Program-made: the position numbers and the translations under genes
From: Phoronis australis
Taxonomy: Eukaryota; Animalia; Phoronida
Direction: 5' to 3'
Assembly: GCA_002633005.1 (NCBI GenBank)
Contig: NMRA01000483.1
Location: forward strand, 1-47,375
DNA length: 47,375 nucleotides
Shown: in pieces, positions 37,419 to 47,375 of the stretch
How the letters are laid out: each line of letters opens with the position of its first letter
How positions within the stretch are numbered: the stretch's first letter is position 1
The notes under the pieces: model-generated
Told to the model about the DNA's origin: nothing
What the model saw: the letters and a program-made list of their open reading frames with translations, nothing else
Databases searched by the model: none

Positions 37419-37492
37419 GGTACCTATGGCTCAGCAGAATAGGTGTCTTCATGTTTAACAAAGGTCCCGGGTTCGAGTTCCGGTCAGGGCAG
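37419..37492 (+). mobile_element. tRNA-derived SINE head or tRNA pseudogene
   Basis: A-box-like tggctcagcaga and B-box ggttcgagttcc at tRNA spacing; acceptor stem does not pair. Confidence 0.55.
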
Positions 37493-38191
37493 AAATCTTT
37501 TCAGACTGATGTTCATTAGGTCACGTGATATGGTCCAAAGGTGGTGCGGAAACCAGAATTAAGAATGTTTAAGAAATGTATGAATACGTGAATAAAATTG
37601 CCAATGTTTTAAAAAGGAGAAAATTTCAGTTCTAATTATGTCAATCACCAATTCGTAACATTACAATGAACCTTGAACTGAGAGTGATGGATAAGGCATT
37701 CAGGGTTACTAGTCCTAGAGAAACGAAACCCAGCCCTTGATATTTTGTCACTCAGTAAGTGTATAGGGTGTAAGACTTTATATTCAAAATCAATTGATTT
37801 CAATGTGACATAAGATTCTAATGAAATTCTGATATATTATGCCTATGTTATCGCCATCAGGACAATTAATGTCGATGACAGAACACTTAACGACCGAGTG
37901 TTCGCATCACAATGCATCTCAAAAGCCAGCGACTGGACTCTTGTCCAAATTCGTGGAGTTCTCAGGATGACTGCCTGATGTTGCAGTAGGCAACAAGAAA
38001 TGGATACTCTGTTGGTGATGTCACACCCACTGTTTCTGCGGTTTTGTTTGCATCAACGGGCTACTATAATAGGTCTCATATATGTATTAAGTTTACTAGC
38101 ATCCACTTTGGACTTAATGACTGATAAAATATTTGTTTTTGGTTTCATGGCCTCCGCTATCGATTGAAAACGCTTTCGTCTCATTATTCAG

Positions 38192-38387
38192 CTGTACGAC
38201 TGGTGAAGAAACATCTGCGAAAAACGCCGCTCAGCAAACAGGTGTGAAAGCTTCAAACACTATTACCACCGACTCAACTACATTGAAAATGGTCATGTTT
38301 GCCCCCCCATTGCCAGCAACTGTAACGGTGGAGGTAGAATTGGCGATATGTGTGACCGCAAATGACCCAACCTGCCAGCCAGTGCAG
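38192..38387 (+). CDS. Putative ZP-C domain exon of a ZP-domain membrane protein
   Basis: tcattattcag|C TGT ... CAG|gtatgg, phase 2-0. C....LKMVMFAPP..VTVEVELAICVTANDPTCQPVQ resembles ZP-C (F.MF.F....V...C.V.IC...D..C). Confidence 0.5.
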
Positions 38388-38875
38388 GTATGGACAGTTT
38401 TATTTACAGTTAAAACGCTGTCATTAAATTTACTCCATGTCAAAGACAGAGTTTATTTGATTCTGGTTTGCGCAATTCTGGTGTGGTTATACAGTATTTT
38501 TTGCTGCGCGAGTCTTCATATCTTCTTAACCAGCTTCAGTGGCCCAGCGTCGTGGCGATGGTCAGTGCTGGTGACGACCGTGGCGGGGGCGGCGCTGACG
38601 CTTGTCATTCTGAAGTTACAACCTCAGTAGGGACGTAGGAAGCGGGTGGGGGGGGCAGGGGGCACGGGCCCCAAAAATAATTCAGGCCGTCGAAACCGAC
38701 ATACGCGTGGGGCGGGGATAGTCGAGAAAAGAAAGACTGCTAAATGCAGCAGGAGAGAAACTTCAAGAGAACATATAACAACTCTGTATCAGTGCATGGT
38801 TTACCTTTTGCGGTCTCCGGTTTCGCAGCACAGGTTGTAAAAACGCACTTGAAAAACGTTCACGTAATGATTCAT

Positions 38876-39465
38876 ACAGAATATGTTAAATGCACGACAC
38901 TTTTCATTGTTCAAACGTCAAACAATGTTACATTGGTCAAACGATTTGCAGTCTTTCCCGTCGGTTATCCATGCATCTTTAAAATGGCGCCATTCAAGAT
39001 CATTTTCTGCAGTGCCACGCACGTAAAATCACCGGTCAAGAAATTGCGGAAAACACGTCAATTCGCTACGTGGAGCAAGATGTGCTGCGTTTGAAAGTAT
39101 TAGAGTCCATTTTAATTGCTTTTGAGAAGCTTGTTTTGAATGAGCAGAGTCGCGCCGCACGTTACACTTGTTTGCATGACTTTCCTGTTACCCCCCCTTC
39201 ATTAGTCATTCTTTGCAGTATTTCACACCCGCCGTGTCTCACTGTGTGTGTCGTCAGCTTATACTCTGTGGTGGCATTACTGCATCATTTTATCTTCACT
39301 TGAGAATGAAACAAGGATGTTTCGAAATATCGTGTGTCTTTTAATTATGTCACTAGGTCAGTTACTTTATCTATGTTCAGTTGAGAGTAGAGTTTTGTTC
39401 CGAAGGTACGAACGTAACAGAATAAAGACTGAACAATGAAAAGTGTCGTGCATTTAACAAATTCT
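38876..39465 (+). mobile_element. 5'-truncated PLE copy (GIY-YIG end + pLTR) with short inverted 5' segment and 12-bp TSD
   Basis: ~38913-39465 matches ~5147-5708 as reverse complement; 38876-38912 is an inverted copy of its own 3' end. GTAATGATTCAT occurs at 38864-38875 and 39466-39477. Confidence 0.9.
39297..39334 (+). ncRNA. Minimal type I hammerhead ribozyme motif (U3-A8 variant), intact
   Basis: CAC-UUGAGAA-U-GAAACA-agga-UGUUUC-GAAA-UAU-C-GUG. Confidence 0.75.
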
Positions 39466-41746
39466 GTAATGATTCATGCATATGTTTCGGAAAAATGGAA
39501 AAAAAATTGTAAAACGAATCCGCTTTGCGGAGCGTATTAATTTTATGGATTTTTAAATTCACTAAATAAGTCAATTTTGCTACTGCAAAACCACATTTTT
39601 CCAGACATGCCACTCATTGGCAAGGGATAACGGAGACAACTGTCGCTTTTTTCTCGAATTGTATATCACTTGAGAAAAATTGATGATCTGACAAGAGATA
39701 TCATCAATTGCTGCACATTTCTTGATTTTTCAAAATATAGATATTTTCGTATTGAGGGGCCCCGCCCTTGAAGAAGGCCATTGATGACATTCAAGTGGCC
39801 ACCTTTTTATGTTTTTATTGACAAATTCTTAAGGGTCCACTCACGGAGAAAGGGCCCAAAGTTGGACGTCTTTTTTCCTGTTTTTGTGAAATCGTGCAAC
39901 TGACTTTCATGTTGAGGAAGGTCACTTCCTCCACCGTCTTGTGACCACACGACGGTGGTTTGAACTGGCACTCTTTTCCAAGCTTAATGCTGTTTAGCTT
40001 TTCATAATTAAGGTGTCCCATTTCAGACGGCATCCTCTCTCGGTGGAGCAATTCGGAGAAATGTCCCTTTGTCCCTCTATACATGTATATCCGACACTGC
40101 CTACTTTTCCCGAGGGAAGTTGAGATTCATCAAAAAACACAAATCTTTCGTGCACAGCGCAGCAGTATCAAGACATTCGACCCAAACAACCAAAAAATGT
40201 GAAAAAATACAATTAAGAGGCTGACCGCCATCGAAAGGGTAAAATTTTGAAGAACTTGAAGACCGCTATTTGTGGTTAGTTACAGAATAATGTTACTGTT
40301 TCCCATAGTATCACAAGGATAGCATCCCATATGAATTCCAGTATGTGGAAAACACTGCTGTCGAGGCTACCATTGGGGTGACCGTATACATGTCGAACGA
40401 GGGTACTCAAATACTCGCAATGATAAAGAAATATTACAGCTTTTTCTGGGGTCAAGTTCAACTAGTGAACCGTTATAGGTATCTCGGAAATGAGCAAATT
40501 TAGACCTTATTGGGGACAAGTAAAAGAACAACAATAATATATATTTTAGTTTGTATTGGGAATTTCAGGGTCACAGCTCTACAAATGAATTTTCACATAA
40601 GGTTTCCTGAATTACAAGAGATAACACACACATTTACGATACCCAATGTGTAATTGAGTATCGAATACTAAGTGGCACAGGTTAGCATAGTACCAAATGG
40701 GTACATAATACCAAGTGGGTATTTGGCGATTGCCTACCAACTGGGTCGAGCAAAACGGCAAATTCAGTAACAAGTACATAATGGGTACAACTGGCAAATG
40801 GGCAAATATCATATAATAAAGTACCAAGTGGGTACATCAAACAGCCAACTGGGCTATAACAACCTGCAAAACAGGTTCCGGACAAGCTGATTTACATGTT
40901 GATGTATCTACGAAAACTGTCAGGTTAATAAATGATTTTTTTGGCAATTACAAGATAATCTTTTAAGAAAGGATTACGACTCAGGGAATTAAGTTGAAGC
41001 CTGAATATGGAAAAAACTGTAGTATAATCCGATCTCGAAATAGTAAAGCGCACCTGGACGCTTTTTGCCTATCCAAAATAATTGATGAAATTGGACACTT
41101 AGCAAAATTTACTCACAATTCAAATGACAATAAATGCATTGCTTTTTTGACTTCGGTACAAGTTCCGTTGTTTAAACTCACTAACTGGGATCAAAAAGGA
41201 ATTAAGTCCTTAAATTAAGGTAAGCGCATTGTTCATGGATTTGATTGTTGGTTTCTGATTTACACGTTTATGAAAATTTACTGATTAAGAGCTGATTTTG
41301 TTACAACTAGAAGCTAATCTTGTAAGAAATGACAATGCTTTAATGAACTTAGTTGCAGGCCGACATTGGGAAATTTCGATGTATCATCAGATCCCCAAGT
41401 ATAAAAGTACACTAAATGACTTTTTTCTATCTGAAATAAGTCTCAAGGAAATTGATGAATTTCGGACAGTTGTACAAAGTGTCCCAAAATTTTCTCACGC
41501 TTCTAATGACAGTAAATTGTTTCTTGGCTTAGGAACTAGATTACTGGGTTTAAGTTTACAAACCGCTGATGGAAAAAGACGCTTAAGTACTTAAACAGAT
41601 AAAATCTAAGTCATTGGTCATCAAATTGGAAAGGTTCTCCTTGCACGTCCTTGATGCTTTTAGTTTCCAGTAGTATTGCGCAATGAATTGTTGTTATTTA
41701 ACACTGAATCGTTTGCTTGCATTTCCCGTGCATACTACAGACACGG

Positions 41747-42011
41747 CATGCGCACCCAGCCTAAAATACAGGGAAGCTCGAATTCTTTAGGATGTGGACC
41801 TTTTACTAAAGAAAAATAAACGGAATACGGGGCTTAATCATGGCTATGAAATGTGCATACGCCGAATCCTTGCCTTAGTGGAATTTATTCTTGTTTTCCT
41901 TGGATTTTTTTGTTTCTTTGAGGCGGACCTTTTTGCCCAATTTACCAAATTGGGAGAAAGATCGTTCGGGTTTCCCAAGCCCAACCCCCCCCCTTTATGG
42001 GTGCGCGCATG
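41747..42011. mobile_element. MITE with short TIRs
   Basis: catgcgcaccca ... tgggtgcgcgcatg; cacgg present on both flanks. Confidence 0.65.
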
Positions 42012-43589
42012 CACGGAGCACGTCGTGACTGGCACACCGACGTTAAAAATAAGGTGTAACCATGTAGTAGGTCTGCGTAGAATATCAGTTACCCATGGGA
42101 ACTGAATTTGAACTCCAGACGTTGAAGTGTGTACGTTTTTGGGACACACTCTGTATCATTTCCCCCAGCAACCAGAACAAACTGGACTACATGCAGTGTT
42201 TCATCTAGGGATTATGAAACGGCCACAAAGGCACTCATACCCGGCACCTCGGGAACTTACCTTTCCAAAATTACTTCAAAGAATGTCCATAATAAATTGA
42301 AGTTTTCCCCGAAATTATATCGTAATAAAACAAACATTGACCTTCAACAAGAGCAGAAGAATAGGTACGAATCCACTGTTGGAACTCAGCTATAATTACT
42401 TCCGGCAGCTCACACCTACCCGTCAGTGCGCTGGCCCTAGACCCATTCTTACTCTCCGTGAAACTTTGTTGGTTCACGGTTACTCAAATCGTGATGGCTG
42501 TATCCCCGGTATTAACCCCACCTACGGCGGACGTGGTGGGTGTCGGTAAAATATGGTGACATCCAGAGAACGGGTGGGGGAAGGCGGTGGCGATAGCAAG
42601 GGGGTAGGTAGACGAAGTCAAATTGGTTTGTTCCCCCCACAATATTTTTTCCTTCCTACGGGCCTGACCTGTCTGAAGGAAGCGTAGGACTGGTTTTACT
42701 CATGCGTTTGTGTGGCTTTTGTAAAAATTAGAACTTGACCGAAAACAATGCTTATTCTGGCGAGACCTAGGTTTAAAAAGAGTCAGGATGCAGACCAGAA
42801 CCAAATATGTTCTTTTTGCGTTATGATCCATTGGAGGTTTAAGATGAAATTTTGTTAATTCACTTCGTTTTGGGGCAGGGGAGAAAAACGTTGTCGGCCG
42901 ATAAACTAAAGGAGTACCCTTTTCACCCACTTAACTATATTTTGGTCATTTTCAGCTGGTCCATCGTTTTTCCAGTTTAGTTCATGTTGTATAACGGTGT
43001 CCCAAAATATGCTCACACTCCAAGACTAGTGCTGTAGTGGTAAGTAGGCGCCCAAAGCCCACCGAATCAACTTGAACACTGTACGTAACTTAAGGTGCGT
43101 AGGCGCTACGTTCAAATGCCTACGTGCGCCTACGGGCCAGCACTGCACTGTCCAAGACTTTTTGCAAACAATTCTCCTCCTAACTCAATAAACAGCACCC
43201 TTATTTTTATTTAACGTGTGAGAACAATTTGGGACACCCTGCAGTTTTATCTAGATGTAGTGAAACATCATGAACCATGAGCAAAACGTGCCCCAACAAG
43301 TTCGATCTACGCTCACTTTTTAGTTAAGACAAAGACTCAAGAGACAATTATGGAAAAGGGACTGCAATGATTAATTAACAAATAAAACAGAAATCCATCG
43401 ACTGTAAAGTGGTAATTATTGATTGTCTATCTGCATTGTGTAGCTCTGATGCAATGTCGAGGACCAGAAGATCAAACTGTTTGCTCACATATATATTGTT
43501 AGGACTCTATCCTTTGCATTTAAGACACTCTGATCACTCTGAACACCTTAACTGTGAACCTTGCTTAACGTGTTCTAAACATATTTTAG

Positions 43590-43677
43590 AACTGCAACTT
43601 GAAACGAAGAAGACGTGACGTTCACCAAGGGAATGTCATTTTTGCCCACGCCAATTTCACCTTGTCTGTCAAGAAGG
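43590..43677 (+). CDS. Putative exon with terminal ZP cysteine, furin cleavage site and hydrophobic patch
   Basis: atattttag| ... G|gtgagt, phase 0-1. NCNLKRRRRDVHQGNVIFAHANFTLSVKK; phase-compatible with exons 38192-38387 and 45301-45488. Confidence 0.6.
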
Positions 43678-44476
43678 GTGAGTACCTTTCCTAGAACGAA
43701 TACTTTCACGACTGCATACCAACCCTGCCCCCTTCACTTCATTGGTAGTGCCCTTCTCGTCGTTTGAGCTGCTGAACTATCTTTGTCAGTGTTACCCTCT
43801 AACGGTTACTGGTTCAATTTTTCAATTAACCATTTGAATATCGTAAGATCAAATGAGTTTTATTTTTTGCTAAAAAACAATGGATTTTATGCAGATCATC
43901 AAATTTCACTGAAAAACGTATATCAGTACTGGTGTTCACGAGATTAGTACTTGCGAGAATGAGAATTCTACAACACGTAATCCAATATATCGTTAACAAT
44001 AGACAATCCCGAGCCGCAAGCGACAGAGGAGGTGCCCTGAAGTCAGACGAAAAATGTCCCTTTAACGAACGGTGGTTTCAGAAAGCCTATTTACGTGCAG
44101 TAAAATCTAAGAGCGTTTACAATCAACAACCTTTATGAGGACATTTGCTAGATTAGTACTTACATGAAAAGTTATATCTTTATCGATTAAAGTAAACACA
44201 TTCCTCTGTTTTTGGTTAAAAGAGAGGTAATATTTTGAATGTACATGTATGAATTGACTTCCTTATCCCTTGTAACTTGGACTTTCGCGATGACCGACGC
44301 ATTTGTCTGCCACTGCATCGCCTTTTTCGTGACCAGTATATACATCGTGTAAGTAGTGTTTTTCAGTTCACTGATACAAAACAGTGAAGGAGAAGTCGTA
44401 TTGCAAATAAACAGCCAAGTGCAAAATTTTCTGAAGAAAGCGATGACAACGAGGTTGAAGCAAATAAACTGGATCG

Positions 44477-44597
44477 AGTGCAAGTACCGGTGATGTGCCA
44501 AGTAGCTCCGTGTTTGCTTGAGCTTGGTTGTACTGGAGCGAGTGCAAGTGTCGGTGATGTGACAAGTAGCTCCGTGTTTGCTTGAGCTCGGTTGTAA
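44477..44597. repeat. ~63-bp tandem repeat, two copies
   Basis: gagtgcaagt..cggtgatgtg.caagtagctccgtgtttgcttgagct.ggttgta twice. Confidence 0.85.
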
Positions 44598-45300
44598 CCG
44601 ACTCTGCAGAATTCGGTGGGACTCGTGCCTGACGGGGCAGCAGGATTCGACTGGGCGAACATTGCATCAAAATTTTACTATAATGTACCCAATGTGTGGA
44701 TAGACTTCAACTGGAAACATGGGTGGTTAATGTAAAATGTATTCGGAAGATTATGTTTTTGCCACACGAGGAAAAAGCTGACCTTTTGTCTCGTTTGCTC
44801 AGACTTTTCGTTTCGTTGAGGCTGACCTTTTTGCTTTCGTTCGAGCCCCCCGCGCCCCTAAGTGCCCATGCTCTCTTTCACACTCATTCTTTCACTAACA
44901 CTCTATAATGTACATGAACATGTACGCTAGTGCACATTATACACGTGCAATCAAATTATATGCAGATGCTTATGGTTGTACGTGCGTGTACGTGTGCTTG
45001 CGCGCATGCTTGTTTTGGGAGAAGTTTAAAGAGGCATCAAACCCAAAGTTTTGAGGAAGTCTCACTTTGTTCCTTAGGTTGCGTTTGTGAGCTCGGGTAG
45101 GACTACAATTTTATGAACTTAGGCTGAAGAAATAACGAACTGTTGGTTCTTTCCAAGCAGATATCAAACATGCTTTGACTTAAGGAACATCAATTCCATG
45201 TCGGTAAGTGACCCAAGTCAAAAGGTGTTTTTACAGAAAGCGCGGTGTTCATGTCGCTTTAAAAAAACTCATTTTCGCGTTCTCTGCATGATTATTTCAG

Positions 45301-45488
45301 AAAACAACGAGAAAAAGACAGATCTGCAACCTCTTTGTGCGGGATATACCAGCAACACCGTTTTCTACATGGTTGTCTTTGTACTTGCGGTACTTCTCGT
45401 GATAACCATTGGCGTCGCTGCCTACTTTGGGGCACAAGCGAAGAAGCAGGTCTCCTTGACTGGAAAAGACAACCCAGTTTACACCTAA
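45301..45488 (+). CDS. Terminal exon: transmembrane helix and short cytoplasmic tail with NPxY
   Basis: attatttcag|, phase 1. ...VFYMVVFVLAVLLVITIGVAAYF-GAQAKK...KDNPVYT* with basic stop-transfer residues after the helix. Confidence 0.72.
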
Positions 45489-46289
45489 ACGTTTTAATCA
45501 CGTTCTTGAATACTAAGAGTTGTCTCTTTTCCAACGTGAACGTAACTGGAATGTCATTTTGACAATTGCGTATTTGCTTAACAAAGGAATTCTTTGCACT
45601 ACGTTATAATTATAAATCACAAAGCGTATTGTAACGTAAGCCAATTTCGTCCAAGCGTATTCGCAAACGATACTCTTTTAACTACAGTTCTTAAATGAAG
45701 GACATCGAAAAGATTACGAGAAAAATTTTCAGTTTTGGAAGCATGTTACCAAAATGGCCACCACAGTGCATGGCACGCCATTGATCTTCACTCATGTAAG
45801 AACTTTAATGTAATTTTGGGCGTGAAAACGCAAATATACGTGAGACTCATTTTAAGGTCTAACTTGGCGAAAACTAAGAGTATAATCGCGGAAGGCATAA
45901 TGCTTTCAATGTGTAATTCAGGAAATTTGATAATCGGAAGCTGCAGATATCGCATTATTTTAATTAAGTATTCTGATTCATGTTATCCAAGACCTTCTGT
46001 TTCAGCTAATTCTAGATAATTGGAATTTGATGCTGAAAAGATGGAATAAAAAGAGTTAACAAAGCAATTTCATGGATTCTTTAATGAACGACATACACCT
46101 TGCTGAGCCAATCTGTACACCACTTACATCGTAGCCGAAAATTAGCCAAAGCAGAGACAGAGCTAAACGGAACAAGATCGAATAGCTGATTTCTGAAAAA
46201 GCCACGCTAGACGGCGATCAGGTCTTTGATGGACAGGCGTTCATGTAATGCGAACGGGAGCTTTCAACCTGATATAAACAGTGTTTCAT

Positions 46290-46480
46290 AAAACCTTTCG
46301 AAATTTCTTCTGCTGTGTGGCGGGATGTACTAAGGCCTCATGCAAGAAAGGAAAGCTTTTGAAATATCAATGGATGAACAAGGACATCATGTTCCATACA
46401 TTTCCCACTGGGGAGAAGAATCAACTTAAAATGATTGTGGCTGCGGCTGATAAAGCGGAAAATTTTCGATCCCAGCCGGA
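46290..46480 (+). pseudogene. Decayed THAP domain (DNA transposon remnant)
   Basis: CCVAGC...FHTFP, then after a frameshift WLRLIKRKIFDP. Confidence 0.6.
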
Positions 46481-47375
46481 GTAAAAAACTAAACAAAATT
46501 TATTGAACTTAAACTTTTTTTTCGCTGGGAGGGTGCAAAATGGTTCATCTGAAGTCATTCATTAAATCCCTTAAAATTTCGTGTCTCAGAATATTGACGA
46601 GAGGACCTGGAAGAAATTTTTAATTTCTACAAATCACTTGCTGTGTACTTTCACGCAACGTGTATAATAAGCTTGTTACTTGCCAACACAAAAAACAAAA
46701 GTTCAGAATAATTGGGGAGATTGTTCTAATAGAGAACATTTAGGTGAATGGTGGAGAACTGTCTATAGATCAAATTCTTCGTTCCCTAAAGATACAAATC
46801 TTAAAGTACTCTGTTTTTCAATAAGTTTATTTGTAAAAACCGAAATTAACAATGGAATAGAGAAGAAAGGAAAGAAAACGCGCGAAAACAAAAACACATT
46901 CACTCTCAAATTTGCACATTCTAGCTCTGCTCTAATTTATACTAAATGTATAAGGTTTTCAAAAATCCTTCTAAGTCAGGGGTTGATTCTCGAGATTATA
47001 TACTTTTCCATGTCTTTTCAATGTCAAATAAAATTGGGTAAAATCTCTTAAGTACAGCAATACACGAAGACTTGGAACAAGTGTATATTAAATACTGAGA
47101 CAAAGTTAATAAATGATTAAGTATCAGTCCACGGATCCACTGACCACAGTACAGCCAACAAGCGGCAAGGTCGGGGGTCAACCATTCAGATCCATGTTTA
47201 GTCTGATAAATCACATTAGGGATGAGAGAAAATGGGTGAAGTATGACACCACAAAGTTTGGTGGTTTAGGAGATAGAAGGGAAGTGTTCTGGGGGGCAAA
47301 ATGAGGCAATTTCTTGGTGTGGAATGAGTCATTTTTGACCAAATTTTCTACTCCAGTTTCTGCTTCAAACAGAAT

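Noticed and set aside
37419-37492. Functional tRNA gene
   Set aside because: A/B boxes are present but the acceptor and anticodon stems do not pair; treated as SINE or pseudogene.
45161-45203. Small exon candidate (cag|...|gtaagt) before the TM exon
   Set aside because: Its only open frame is phase 2-0, incompatible with the phase-1 TM exon.

Overview
Eukaryotic (invertebrate animal-like), AT-rich, intron- and transposon-rich draft-assembly window with five single-N gaps; no prokaryotic operon or CRISPR structure. The main host gene (+ strand, ~2.6-23.3 kb) has seven clear phase-compatible exons encoding two tandem F-type lectin (FTP/fucolectin) domains, a divergent FN3-like domain and an FN3 domain. 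The two lectin domains arose by a recent tandem duplication that includes introns. Their exons are more diverged than the flanking introns and the changes are almost all amino-acid-altering and clustered in ligand-pocket loops. A second, partly decayed gene (+ strand, ~35.8-45.5 kb) resembles a ZP-domain membrane protein (ZP-C Cys pattern, KRRRR furin site, TM helix, NPxY tail). Mobile DNA includes a near full-length Penelope-like retroelement (RT + GIY-YIG) and two truncated relatives carrying four minimal U3-A8 hammerhead ribozyme motifs, an older second Penelope family, two TTAA-flanked THAP-bearing Kolobok-like DNA transposons, a DIRS tyrosine-recombinase fragment, several MITEs and two minisatellites with traceable origins. 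All calls were made by eye, without database searches.
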